Assembly (NCBI RefSeq): GCF_009914755.1
Contig: NC_060930.1
DNA: 64,000 nt
Strand: one strand, 5' to 3'
From: the human T2T-CHM13v2.0 reference genome, Homo sapiens
The notes under the pieces are model-generated. The model worked only from the letters and a program-made list of their open reading frames with translations. It made no database searches and was not told the DNA's origin. Position 1 is the stretch's first letter; each line of letters opens with the position of its first letter. The position numbers were made by a program, and so were the translations under genes. Positions 46,053-60,004 of this stretch are shown piece by piece.

Positions 46053-46342
46053 CAGATGCGAGTGAGAAGAGTGAGTAAAACATTGAGCTTGTGAAAGAAG
46101 GAAGATGAGTGAATTTCTCTTATTGGGCTTCTCTCCAGAAAGAGTCATCTGGCGAGTTGGCAAAGACAAAATCAAACAACCATGTGCCAGATGTGCACGG
46201 CTGTTGTTGGGCCATCTGCAGCTTGCTTTTATGCCATATGCCACTTTTACATTTGGTCGGCTGGGGTATCAGAGGCAAAATTCACGGGGCAATTGCTTTT
46301 GTATTATTCTTGTAAATTTAATCAGAAAAAAATTAATCGATA
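46053..46342. promoter_or_regulatory. Candidate bHLH E-box cluster enhancer
   Basis: Eight CANNTG sites in ~245 bp of non-repeat sequence, plus AATCGATA. Motif evidence only. Confidence 0.4.
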
Positions 46343-47949
46343 ACCAGCTTTGCTAGGGAATGAATACAGAATACTTGATGAAGGAGATAGTACTGCCAGG
46401 ATTGCTTAGATCCTAAATCAAGAGCTGGAAACAACCTTTGGTTACACTTTGAGAAAACAAATGACAAAGTGGTGCTATGATCCTGACTCTTGGATGCCCT
46501 TGCTAACTTCAGTCACCTCTGAGGCAATCTTTTTCTTTTTCCTTTTTTCCTTCTTAACTTGTTCCACTTTATCTTTCCTCTGATCTGTGGAAAGCAAGGC
46601 TACTATTCAAATAAAAACCTAGCCAATTATTTGCTTTCTATTGAAAATGGGCAGTGGTAGTGGTTTTATATTTCTGAATTATTGGGCCTACTTGGCATGG
46701 TATAACATAAGCAAAGAAAGATTGCTTTGTAATTTGAGTTCCATAGGCAATATAATAATACCACTGACAGGGTATGAGCAGATGAAAAATGGATTATAGT
46801 ATGCTTAAACTTTATACCCAGAAAATCATTTCTTGATTTTTTACCAGATTTTGCTAAGGCTGTCAGTCATTATTGACCACATATTAATACGTTTGCTTTT
46901 TGCCAGTTTGGAATCTAGTTGAGGCTGAATTGCAGTTAATATTTTTCTGAATCAAAGCCTGGAGTTTTAATTAATCTAACAAATATCTATACTTCTTAAT
47001 TGAAGTGGTCATGACATTCTGCTGTTTTCTGCTGCTGGTATTCTTATTTTGAATATAGCATGTTTATGCTCTGTAACAAACTGTGTATAAAACAACAGCA
47101 TGCCTATAAAACCAGAGTGGCCTGTTCTTTTTAAAGATTTTGTGAATATTGCATTATTATGCTAAAGTTTACATAAAATAAGTAAGCCTAGGGGGCCTTA
47201 AAAAGGTTAAATAGTAGGTGTGAGGAAGATAAATTTATAGGAAGCAGCATGGAAAATATATTACGACCTATATTGCTAACTTAATGTTTTAGTTCTATTT
47301 TAGGGATCTTTCCTTTAAATATTTTAATAAATGTTCCTCGTAACTTAATTATTATGAAATGGCTACAGTTGGTAATGTTTATTAAGTTCTAACACAACAT
47401 CACTCTAAACTAACACTGATGTTAAATTTTATTTCAAGCTCTAAATTACCACAAAAAGGCCCACTTAGACCTTCTGGCATTTAAAGTTTGAGTTAAGATG
47501 AATTAGCCACATAAGAAAATTTGTGGGTTTATAGACCTTGATTCTAAGGTAGGATGGTAAAGCATTCTCTATTAGTGGCTCTATTCAGCTTCCTGATTTG
47601 AAAAAATATAGGAGGCAGAAATAATTATTACCTATATTCAGCTGTGACAATATATGACTATCACTTGCAGCATTTGGTTTCCCATCCTGTGGGTATCTTC
47701 ACTAACACAGAAAATTGAATCCAGATTATCCTAATGGTCAGCATCATCCGTGGAGAATTGAGAGAAATATAAGGGAACATTATTGTGTGTTGACTATATT
47801 CCCAGAAGCATGCTGGAGGCTCTTCACAGATTATCTCTGTAATTCCCTCGCCATACATATAAGAGTTAATTATTTGATTAAACCACATGAACTTGCCTTC
47901 TCTGTAGGTAAAAAACTGTTGAATATCAGCAATTTCATGTGGATCATCC

Positions 47950-48075
47950 TAAACGTTACTCTTTTTAGCTCGCAAATCAGAACACTGAGGCTCAGAGAAG
48001 ATAAGTAATTTGCTTATATTGCAGCTATTAAGTGGCCAATCTGGAATTTAAACCTAGTCCGCTCTTTTCAACATT
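47950..48075 (-). mobile_element. MIR fragment
   Basis: 'actgaggctcagagaagataagtaatttgc...ctggaatttaaacctag'. Confidence 0.75.
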
Positions 48076-49104
48076 TCATAAAACATTGCTTCTGTAAACT
48101 GGATTAAGAAGTAGTTTATTATAGCTATTTCTATTTGCATGTAAATAATAAATCAAAGACTTTTCAAATTATATTTTTAATGGGTTAAATGTGCCCCTAC
48201 CATATATTTTTCTTACTAGAAGGCCCCTATTTTTTCTGTTTAATATACTATACATTAACTCATGATAAAGAACTTTAGAAATATAACTACTGTACATAAA
48301 ATGTACACAGTTAGCATTTTAATAAGAGTATTTTGTAGATAGAGGCCACAGTCAGTGCCAATTTTTTCAATTTACTATATTCTTAAGCAAAGTTTTGATT
48401 ATGGTCCTTTATTAGAGATTTTTTGGTTTCGTGTGTGTGTGTATAGGGAGGTGGGGTATAATAAGCTTTGGAAACATAATCTTTCTTTACGATTAGTTTG
48501 TTACAAATTGTTTTTGTTGTTTCACATACTTAGTTTGTCTTATCTATGGTCAGCAAGTGTTGGGTGCAGTTTCACAGGTGGCCAAATTGGGCACACTCTA
48601 ACTGGTTAAAAATATGTTTATTTGGCCTATATTTAAAGCAATTGAATGTGTAATAATTTGAGTTTGGTGGGCTTTGACATAATGGTCCTGGCCTGTTATA
48701 TTAAATAGAGGCCAATATACAGGAGCCATCTTGGTCCATTTATTTAACACTGTGTTATCCAGGTATACAGCTGTCTAGAGAGGAAACACAGCAAAGCCTC
48801 CACTGATGATCGTCAATGATCAATGCCTGCCTGGAAACTAAGGGAAAAGGACATTCCTCAGAAGTCATGAGCAGACCCTTTGATAATTGACTCTCTGTTT
48901 GCTTGTGATTCCATAAGATGAAATGCATGCCCTTCTTTTGAGTGCTAGTATGTTGCATGCATGATGCTCTATTATTCATGTAACTAAAACAGTTCTTGGA
49001 ATGTAACAGGTACTCAATAAGTATTTTTGTGTAAATGAATAATCTCTAATTTATACAACAATATTAGAAGGTAGATATTGTTAAACGTCTTTCACAGATT
49101 ACAA

Positions 49105-49260
49105 ATAACCTCTTTGGTCTTCAATATCAGAACTTGTAAAATGGGACCAATAATATACATCTTACAATGTAGCTTTCAGAATGAGATAAAAGAATATATC
49201 TCAAGCATCTAGCAGAAGATTTGGCTCATAGTTAAATGCTCAACAAATGTTAGTTTCTGT
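49105..49260 (+). mobile_element. MIR fragment
   Basis: 'tgtaaaatggg...aataata...aatgctcaacaaatgttag'. Confidence 0.7.
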
Positions 49261-50689
49261 CCCTACTTTTTGAGCCTACATTTTCTGCATTAAGTCTTCC
49301 CCTTAATGATCATTTTACTATGACTTTGCCAGTATAGAATGTTCAGGGTGGGGGCACTTGAAGAAGGTGATTCACTCCTCCCTAATCTCCTTTCCTTTAC
49401 CCAGGCATGTTTCTAGAGGAGAATTTAACTTTACAATTTCCTCAAAAACTGCAATGTATAACAATAAATGAATCTGAATACTGGTTTATTCTTCTAATTG
49501 GGAAACACAACAGAAGCTGGACAAAAGCTGACATGGGAGTAGTCCCATAGTCCCTGCCCATGCATACGTGGAGACCCAGAAAGTGCTAGTCATTTCTTCA
49601 TGAGATGTAAGCAGGTTGCTATTGGGGTGAGTGAGGAGCTGGGCATAAGATAAGGTGCTTCCTTTCAATGAAATTATGCTTTCTATGAGAAGGTGTGACT
49701 TGGTAGAGCTTTTGGCTCTGGAAGAATATATACCAGATATCTTTATCCTCTGTTAGAAAGTACTTGTAATATAATGCATATTAATATTTACTTATTCATT
49801 TGGAGAAATGTTTTGCTCTTTGTTTTTATATTTTTGGATGCTACATTTATTTTTTCTCTTTGAAAATTCTAATGACCATCTGCAGTACTGGGAACTAGAG
49901 AAGTTTTTATGACACTATGTTTCAGATTTAGTTAAGATTACTGGTAAATTGCATGCATTAGCTTTTAAAAATTTGGGGCAGATTCTAAACACCTATATGC
50001 TAGCTTTTAAAACAAAATGTGTCCCTCTTAAACACTGGAAAAATATCAAAAAAGAAACGAACATAAAATCTGTTCTGCATGTTTCTCTGAGACTATTTTT
50101 CAGCATGTAAAAACTTAACTTCATTTAATTAACTTCGGTTGAAAGCGAACCAATTTACCAATTTTTTCTTCCTGCAGTAGCTGATTTCCTTCTTGGTTCT
50201 ATAACCACTGACCCTAATGGCCAACCCATTCTTCTGGAAACTCTTCTTTCCCAACTTGGATCCCCTATCCTAGAATGACTGTTTTTCTATTCTCTACTTC
50301 TTTTTTTCTCTGTTTTTGTTGTTGTTGTTTTTGTTGTTTTGATGTTCCCTCCCACAAACGAGTTTATTAGCATAAATATATTGATGAGGTCCAAGACACA
50401 ACTTGTAAGACATTTTAAGTTACACAGGTATCATCAGTTAACAGGCAATGTTTACTATCTAGAGTTGTGATCCTGTTGACATCCAGAGTCGAATTACACC
50501 TCCATCAAACCCCTAATCACCAGTGCATTCCCAGCACACACAATCCAAATGATTAAAGAAGGTAACGATTTTCTCCAAAATAACCACAAAATGCCCAAAG
50601 TATTTAATTCACTCTATCTCACACCTCTTGCTATTCTAATTATCATTGCTTTTGGAGTTTGTTTGTTCCTTTATCCTCATCCAGAAATT

Positions 50690-51020
50690 TAGCTTCCTAA
50701 CCTTAGTTCTATTTTCTTTCTATATCCTCTGCTACTTAATGAGCTCACATATTCCCATGGCTTTAAAAATTACTCCTAAGGAGATGATTTTTAAATGTCA
50801 CTCTCAAATAACAACCATGTTTTCAAGCTTTATTTCACATTTCTGACTCTTTTACAACACCCAGAAATCCCAATGGCATCACAATTAAACCATTTTTCTC
50901 ATTATGACTTCCCATTTTTTGATACTGACATCAAGAAATAAAACTAAAAATCTCAAGCCCATGTTTGATTACTTCCTTTTCCATTCTATCTTCAGCAATT
51001 TGATTATCAAATTCTGTCAA
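50690..51020 (+). mobile_element. L2 fragment
   Basis: 'tcccatggctttaaaa...aaaaatctcaagcccatgtttgattacttcc'. Confidence 0.55.
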
Positions 51021-51060
51021 GACTTTTAATTTCTTCTTCCTTTTCATTAAACCATTAAAA

Positions 51061-51248
51061 CATATTTCATCAATTCTAACATGCATATTTGTTCAAATTT
51101 TAATGTCCGAAACTGGCACATGTCTTAAAATTAATGGTGTATTAGGATTGTGTCAAAGTATAATTATCAGGGCTTTACATTTTTTCATGATGGTACATAA
51201 AATAAGGATGCATGTTACAACTGATAGTATCTTAGACCTGATGTCTCA
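51061..51248. mobile_element. TcMar-Tc2 element (MER104/Kanga-like)
   Basis: Inverted ends 'catatttcatcaattctaacatgc' and 'gtatcttagacctgatg'. Confidence 0.6.
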
Positions 51249-51610
51249 TTCTACGTAAATTCCTAATTAACCCTCTCTTGAATTATGGACATTGGTTGGT
51301 CGAGTACCAATTGTACTTTTCATTATCACCAGAATACTCTTCTCTATGTATAATTCTGAACAATCATTTTCTTGGTCAAGAATTTTTACTTCTACCCATT
51401 AGCTGTCATATGAATTTGAAATTCTATGTCTTAGAATTTAAAGCTCTCTGTGATCTAATCCCAATCTGCCTTTATAGTCATCTTTCACAGCTCTCATAAT
51501 TTCCTACTCCATGTACAAACTGGAATAGCTGCAAAGTATACCTTGTAATTTCTTACCAATGTTCATTTGCTGAAGAAAACATTCTCCTTCAAATGCTACA
51601 TTCTTCCTTC

Positions 51611-52849
51611 TGATACTTCCCTTGCAAAATGATAACAGTGAAAGAAATCTAACACGGCTGACTCCATCTTGCTTCTAACCTCAGAAGCTGTCTTTGCTCA
51701 TATTTACATGTAGGCTAGACCAACTATAGGAGGTATTTAGTTTATTGTTTAAAGCAAGAATGATAATAGTCACTTCTCAAAACTAAACCTCTCCTTTCTC
51801 AGGGGTTAAAATCACCTTTGTAAAACTAATGAAAAGCCACAAAGTTTAGAATTATGGTAGGGGCCAGAATTCTGCTAAGATGTAGGCATAGTTAAACTCT
51901 AACCAGTCATTGTTTCTTTTGCTAAGATGTAGGTATGTGATATGGTTTGGCTTTGTGTCCCCACCCAAATCTCATCTCTAATTGTAATCCCCATGTATTG
52001 GGGGAGGGGCCTGGCGGGAGGTGATTGAATCATGGAGGCAGACTTCCAACTTGCCTTTCTTGTGATAGGTGAGTCAGTTCTCATGACATCTGGTTGTTTG
52101 AAAGTGTGTGGCACTTCTTCCTTCACTCTCTCTCTCCTGCCACTATGTAAGATGTGTCTTGCTTCCCCTTCTGCCATGATTGTATGTTCCCTGAGGCCTC
52201 CTCAGCCATATGGAACTGTGAGTCAATTAAACCTCTTTTCTTTACAAATTATCCAGTCTCAGGTAGTTCTTTATAGCAGTGTGAAACAGACTAATACAGT
52301 AGAGTTAAACTCTAACCAGTCATAGTTTTATAACTTGCCTTTTTGTAACTGCTTACTGCTCAGGATTATGTAGCTGGTGGTCACAAGATGTATAACTTTC
52401 ATGTCCCCAAATTCCCCTATGGATGACATTGCTATTGTAAAACCTAAGACTGGTGTTTGAAATATTTTTTAGACCTTACATTTTGGTAGAACAACTGATG
52501 GCACCTGGACTAGTGACCCATACCTGGAAACTGACTCAGCTTGTCCTGTGGCCCCCACCCAGGAACTGACTCAGTGTGACTCAGTGCCTGAAGATAGTTT
52601 TGACAAGCATATTATTTCATCCCTGACCCAGCCAATTAGCAATATCTATTCCTTAGCCTGCTGCCCATCAAATTGTCCTTAAAAACCCTCGCCTCCAATA
52701 TCTCAAGGAGGTGGGTTTGAGAATTATCTCCCATCCTCATTTCACAGCTGCTCTGTGATTATTAAACTTTCTCTGCTGCAATTCCCTACTGTTTCAGGGC
52801 ATTGGCTTTTTCTAGGTAGTGGGCAAGAAGAACCCAACTGGACTGTAAC
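51611..52849 (+). mobile_element. LTR8-family ERV1 solo LTR, interrupted by a MaLR LTR
   Basis: 'ttgcaaaatgataacagtgaaagaaatct...gactccatcttgcttctaacctc', ending 'gggcaagaagaaccc...gtaaca'. Confidence 0.85.
51938..52298 (+). mobile_element. THE1D/MSTA-type solo LTR nested in LTR8
   Basis: tgatatggtttggc...ccccacccaaatctcatc...gactaataca, 361 bp. Confidence 0.92.
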
Positions 52850-53127
52850 ACTTTTATCTCTTTGTGACCCACCTGTGAATCAAAGAACAGTTGAAATATC
52901 ACTTTCTCTGTTAAGGCTTACTGACATGCCCAACCTCTATGGTTTCTCTCTTACTCATGAAAGGGAATATTATGATTCTCATTATTACCCTTTTCTTTAT
53001 TTTAATAGAGAAGGGAATTTAGGATCAGAGAGTTGTGACTTAAGGGTCAGGGTAAGTGACAAAGTCAGGATTTGAATATAGATCTTTCTTACCTGAAATA
53101 ATATACTCTGTTTAGTTACAGATGAAA

Positions 53128-53716
53128 TGTAAGAAATGGGCTGAGGAGAACAACAAGATAAAAGTCCAAGTGAGGTAGATTAGATATGGTGGTCATAGCC
53201 TCCCCTTTAGGGGCAAAACTTGCCAAATAAATGGAGGAACAAACCACACGACAATGCACAAATTGCATCCTGGGCTTGTGGTTAGAACATCCTGCAGCAA
53301 GGAGGAAGAAGAGCAGAAGAGAAAATCCCCAAACTCACACAAGTGCAGAAACCCATGCTCAATGTCTTTGGGCTGACCTATGCTCATTACAATAGTAAAC
53401 CCTGGGTGGAAATTTAAGATGCTAATGAGGCATGTGATGTATATACCAGCATGTAGAGCTGCTGTGCATGCAGGCTGAAGAAACCACTTGTAATATGCTT
53501 AATATCAACACCCCTTCCCACCCTTTCATGAATAATCATGTAATACTCCCATAAAGGGAATTTCCCCAGTATCAGTCAGTGCTATCTCACCTTTGAGCAG
53601 CTCGCTCTGATCCGCTGTCAGAGTATACTTTTGCTTTACAGTAACTTTTACATTGGACTCTCTCTCACATTCTTTTGTGCAGTAAAGTCAAGAACTGAAC
53701 CAGCCCACTAGCAACA
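53128..53716 (+). mobile_element. ERV1 solo LTR (MER4-group; LTR43/MER50-like, uncertain)
   Basis: 'gctaatgaggcatgtgatgtat...catgaataatcatgtaa...ctcccataaaggg', ending 'gcaaca'. Confidence 0.65.
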
Positions 53717-54646
53717 AAAACATCTGCTTTCTGTGTTTTAGAAGTAGGAGCCTGATAATAACTTTATCTTACCCTAATATCTACTGATAATGAAATAACT
53801 TAATAAACTCTATTTTCAACTGGGTAATTTATTATTTATTATGAGGAGAACTTAGAACTCTCAGATTTAGTATTTTTTACATGTGTGAACACCATAGTTA
53901 CCAGTATAGTATAGAAAACTACATTCAACAATGATGCCAGCTACAGGTACTGCTAATTAAAAAGTAAATAAACTTAAAGGACATACTAAAAGGATAAAAT
54001 GAAAAATAATACAAAGATGAAATAAGACATTAGAGAAATATACATATATACACAAAGGATACAAGTGTGATGTACAGTCCTATTTTTCCATAGGAAAAAA
54101 TAGAATCCTTTGAATTGAAACTACTTCAAACAGTAAGTTTCCTTTCTACAACTCCATACAAAAATCAGGCACCATATAAAGATCCCTGAGGGAGGATGCC
54201 TCCAAGCAAGTTCCTGGGTCTTATGCTAAAAGTTTGGACCTCTTCTGCCCAATTTCGAAATGATGTTTGGTGAGAAGAAGTCATGAGCCTCATTTTGAAT
54301 CAGCTGAAGGCTTTGCATTCAAGCATCCAAATCTAAAATCTAGTGATGTGTCTACTCAGAATCTACTCTGTAAAATATCTGAGTGCAAACCAAGTCCCCA
54401 TAAAAAGTCCATCACTTGCAAACAACATCATCGCCATCTCCAATATAAATGATCAGCTTCATACACACAATGAAAACCCTAAGGAATCTACAAAAAGCTA
54501 TTATAATTCATAAGTAAATTGGCAGAGTAATGAGTAAATCACAGGATATCAGGAAACTATTTTAAACATCAATTGCATTTGTATATACTATCAATAAAAA
54601 TTAGAACTTAAAATTTTAATATTTACTCTTTAAATTTATCCTAACA

Positions 54647-55720
54647 AGCGTTTATCATTTCGTGTGTTAGAAACCTTCCAATTCCACTTTTCTAGTTATT
54701 TTGAAGTACACAATATGTTATTGTTAACTATAGTCACCCTATTGTGCTACAGAACATGATATTATTCACTCTATCTACCTATATTTTTGTACCTATTAAC
54801 CAACCCCGCTTGATCTCTCCCTCTCCACTAATCACCAATCTACTCTCTATCTTCATGAGATTCACTTTTTCGGCTTCCACATCGAAGTGAAAATATGGTA
54901 TTTGTTTTTCTGTGCCTGGCTTAGTTAACATAGTGTCCTTCAGGTCCATCCATATTGTTGCAAATGACAGAATTCATTCTTTTTATAGCAAATAATATTC
55001 CATTGTGTATATATGCCACATTTTTTATCCATTCACTCATTAATGAATGTTTTCATTGATTACCTATCTTAGCTATTGTGAATAGTGATACAATAAACAC
55101 AGTGCAGATAACTCTTTGAAATACTGATTTCCTTTCTTTTGGGTATAGACCCAGCATTGAGACCACTGAATTGTATAGTAGTTCTGTTTTTAGTTTTTTG
55201 AGGAACTTCTATACTGGTCAACATAATGACTGTACTAATTTACATTCCTGCTAACAATGCAGAAGGATTCTTTCTTCTCATCCTCACCAGCACCTTTTAT
55301 TGCCTGTCTTTTGGATAAAAGACTTTTAACTGGGGTGGGATAATATCTCATTGTAGTTTTGGTTTGCATTTCTTTGATAATTAGTGACATTAAACATTTT
55401 TTCATATACTTATTGGTCATTTGTATGTCTTCTTTTGAGAAATATGTATTCAGATCTTTTGCCAATTTTACATTAATTGTTTTGCTGTTGAGTTAGTTGA
55501 GCTCCATATGTATTCCGGCTATTAATCCTTTTTCAAATGGCTAGGCTGTAAACATTTTCTCTCATTCTGTGGGTTTTCTCTTCACTTTGTTGATTGTTTC
55601 CTTTGCTGTGCAGAAGCTTTTTAGCTTGATGTGGTCCTATTTGTTCAGTTTCGCTTTGGTTGCCTGTGCTTTTGAGGTCTTACTCAAGAAATCTTTGCCC
55701 AGATCAATGTGCTAGGGTAT
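54647..55720 (-). mobile_element. L1MA-type 3' portion
   Basis: ORF 55235-55465 '[24 protein letters not shown]...' is the L1 ORF2 C-terminus. 3' UTR 'ttgttaactatagtcacc'. Confidence 0.9.
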
Positions 55721-56109
55721 CTCCCAGAATGTTTCCCCATCATCAAGTGATGTATTACTGTATATACAATATTTGGCAGTCTTTGTCTGTGGCTGGCCTT
55801 TATATTTTCTTAACAGTGTCTTTTGAAAATAAAATATTTTTGATTTTGGTGAAGTCCAATTTATCATTTTTTATTTTCTAAGAAATATTTGCCTACTCAA
55901 AAATCATAAAATTTTCTCCTCTATTTCTTCTAGAATTTTTTAAAGTTTACTTTTTACATTTAGAGATATTTTAGTTACATTTATTTAATTTTCATGTATG
56001 TTATGGAGTAAAGGTTCAGGTTTGTATTTTTTCTATATGGTTATTCATTTTTCCATTAAAATATTTGCTGAAAGTATTCATGCCACCACTAAATTACCAT
56101 GCCTTTTTA

Positions 56110-56436
56110 TTATGAAATAATGTCCTTTACAGCAACATGTATACAGCTAGAGGCTATTATCCTAAGTGAATTAATGCAGGGACATAAAACCAAATTTCAC
56201 ATATTCTCACTTATAAATGGGAGCTAAACATTGGGTATACATGGACATAAAGATGGCAGCAATAGACACTGGGGACTTCTAGAGCAAGGATGGATGGAGG
56301 GGAGTGTGGGTACTGTGCTTATTACTTGAGTGACCGAATAATCCATACACCAAAGCTCAACAACATGCAATTTACTCATGAGGGAAACCTGCACATGTAC
56401 CTGCTGAATCCAAAATAAAAGTAAAAAAGAAGAAAA
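56110..56436 (+). mobile_element. L1PA/PB 3' end
   Basis: 'ttctcacttataaatgggagctaaaca...aaacctgcacatgtacc...aaaataaaag' plus an A tail. Confidence 0.88.
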
Positions 56437-56640
56437 TTATTTGGTATCAGGTTAGTAAATCAATTTCTGAATTCTGTATTCTGTTTCATTATTCTATATA
56501 TTTATCCTTATGACAATATCACACTTGATATTTCTAGTTTTATAGTAAATCTTCAACTTTAATCTCATGCTATAAAACATTTTTTTATATAGACCTGCCA
56601 TTCTTCAGTTCCTCCTCTTCTTGGTTACCAGAGTTAACAT

Positions 56641-56955
56641 TGTTTATTTATTAATTTTTATTTTTGGAGACAGTGTCTTGCTCTGTTGGCCCAGACTGGA
56701 GTGCAGTGGCATGATCACGGCTCACTGTAGCCTTGACTTCCCAACCTCAAGCAATCCTTCCATCTCAGCCTGTTGAGTAGCTGGGGCTGTAGGCACATGC
56801 CACCATGCCTAGCTAGCTTTTTGTATTTCTTTTTTGGTAGAGATGGGGTCTCACTGTGTTGTCCAGGCTGGTCTTGAATTACTGGGCTTGAGCATTTCTC
56901 CTGCCTCTGCCTTCCACAGTTCTGGGGTTACAGGCATGAGTCACTGTGCCTGGCC
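56641..56955 (-). mobile_element. AluJ
   Basis: AluJ-type 'gatcacggctcactgtagccttgac'. TSD accagagttaac / accagagctaac. Confidence 0.92.
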
Positions 56956-57617
56956 ACCAGAGCTAACTTTTTTTTTTGAATCAGAATTACACATTTTTAT
57001 TTACTTGATGAAAGGGAAGGTAGATTAAGTTCATGTATAAAAAAACAAAGCAGCTTGTGATTCGTGATGTGTAGGGTTTCTTTTGAAATTTGTTTCCTTA
57101 GGAAGTTTATAATCTGATCATTTTCTTCTCTTGGCTTCATTGATCCAAACTTTGAATAGGACACTCCTCTGTTTGGGTTTTATAGGTTCTTTCAATTCAG
57201 TGTAAATTTTAGGGTCAATGCATTAATTTCTGCAAGTTTCCTGGGGTTTTGATTGAAATTATGTTGAATATGTAGACTAATTTGGGTATCAGTTACATCT
57301 TAACAATGTTACATCTTCTGACTCATGATTATGGCATAACTTTCCATAAAATTAGATCTTTAATTTTTCTCAAGACTATTTTGTAGTTTATAGTCTACAG
57401 GTCTGGCATGTATTTTATTACATTCAGCCCTAGTTATTTCATGTTAGAATAAATTTAAAAAGTAAACAGTAAAATTTTAAGTTCTAGTTTTTTAATTAGA
57501 ACTTATTTGTGGTATATGCAAGTGCAATTGATTTTTGAAATAGTTTCCTTGTATCCTGTGATTTACTCATTACTTTGTTAATTTACTTATGAATTATAAT
57601 ACCTTTTTGTAGATTTC

Positions 57618-57939
<322 letters not shown>

Positions 57940-58340
57940 CTTTTTGTAGATTTCTTAAGATTTTCAATATGTACATTAGGTGTCTTAGAATAAAGACGGT
58001 TGTGAAAATATCTTTTTGTCCTATCTTCATGCCTTTGTTTCTTTTTTTGTTTTCTTTCTTTTTTTTGACTTACTAAACTTGCTACTTGTTTCATTGCAAT
58101 GTGTAATAAAAGTAGTGTTAGCAAACATCCTCTTTTTGTTTCTAGTCTTAGGAAAAAAGCATTCACTCTTTAATAATTGAGCATGATGTTAGCTGTAAGT
58201 ATTTTATAGACATTATTTATTAAATTGAGGAATTTCATTTCTATCACTAATTTTCTGAGAATTTTATAAGTGGATGTCAAATTTTGTTAAGTGTTCTTGC
58301 ATACCTACTGAGATAAGTATGTGGTTTTCCTTTTTTTCTG

Positions 58341-58422
58341 TATGTGTGTGTGTGTGTTAGAGAGTGTATATGTGTGTGTGTATATATATATATATACACA
58401 CACACACACGTATATATATATA
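58341..58422. repeat. (TG)n(TA)n(CA)n compound microsatellite
   Basis: Direct reading. Confidence 0.95.
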
Positions 58423-60004
58423 GTATCTTGAACCAATCTTACATTCCCGGGGGAAAAATAAAGTTGGTCATTGTGTAATAGTACTTTTAGATATTGTTGG
58501 ATTTGATTTGATAATATTTTGCGGGGGCAAAATTTTTAATGGCTGCGTTTATAAAAGATTACTGTAATGTCTGTGTCTTATTTTGGTATCAGAGAAATGC
58601 TAACATTACAAAATAAGTTGGGAAGTAGTCTCACATTCTTTACTTTCTGAAAAAGTTTTTGTCATTTTGGCATTATTTCCTCACTTAATGATTGATAGAA
58701 TTCACTATTGAAGTCATTTGGGCCTTAGATTTTGTTGTAACTGTTAACTGAAAAACTTTAATAGATATGGAGTTACTCAGGTTTTCTATTTTTTTCTTAC
58801 ATCTGTTTAATTTTTTTTGTCTTTCAAGTAGCTTACCTATTTGATCTGTTACCAATTTTATTGGCATAAATATAGTTCTTGGATTTTTATTATGCTTTTA
58901 ATACCTTTTGAGCCTGTAGAAATACTCTCGCTCATACCTCATAATCATAATTATATTCTGTGTATCTCTCTCTCTCTCTCTTTCTTCTTGTATCTCTTTC
59001 TCTGGATGTCTCTCAGTAAGCCTAGAGTTTATCCATCTCATTGTGTTTTTATGGAACTATAGCTCTTGGTTTTATTGATTTTTCCTTTTATTCACTTTTT
59101 ATGTTTACTGAATACATAAATGCAACTATAACAAAATGACTAAGAAAAGTTAAAAATAAAAAATATGCATGAAGGTGTTCCAGACAATTCAAACAACCAA
59201 AAAAGTCTAGCTTACTGTTTTAGTATCAGATAAGGTTTAATATAGAAAAAAAGGCCAAAATGAGACAAAAAAATCTTTATTATGATAATTCACAATGAAT
59301 AGTTAACAATCATGTATAATGTGCCAAATAAAATAGATGCAAAACATAGAACATATGATATGATACAGACAGAATTTGGTAGCAAGACATTTTAATGTAC
59401 TTCTCTCAGACAATATGAATTTAAAAGGATGAAAAATAAGTGAATACACAGAAAAATAAAACAATAATAAGTTAAATCTACTTAAGTATAAATATCAAAC
59501 TATATTCAAAGAAAACAGAGCATATTTCTTTTCAAAAAGTATATTATATGCATAGTACATTATGTATATAATGTATTTAATGTACTATGCATAAATATAT
59601 AGAACATTAATAATGACTATATTAGGCACAACCAAAATGAATTAAAAAAATAGAAGCAGTAAAGGCAAAATTCTCTGCTCAGAGAAAAATAAAAGTAGAA
59701 AATAAAATCCTGTCTCCTAAAAATTAAAAACTGTCTTAAAACACTCTTATGATTATAGGAATCCACAATCAAAATTTTGAAATATCTAGAAAATAGTAAT
59801 AATTATAATAGTACCTAGCAGAACCAATTGTATCCAACTAAAATAGTACTCAGAGAAAATACTTTCTTTGTTGTAACAATCAACTGAAAAACTTTGATGT
59901 AAGTTACTCAGGTATTCTATTTTTTCTTAAATCTTTTTTTTTGTCTTTTAAGTAGTTTATGTATTATCTATTATAAATTTTATTGGCATAAACGTAGTTC
60001 TAAT

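Noticed and set aside
46105-46356. ORF starting MSEFLLLGFS, reminiscent of an olfactory receptor N-terminus
   Set aside because: No TM1/GN, PMYFFL or MAYDRY motifs follow, and it is only 83 aa. A chance match.
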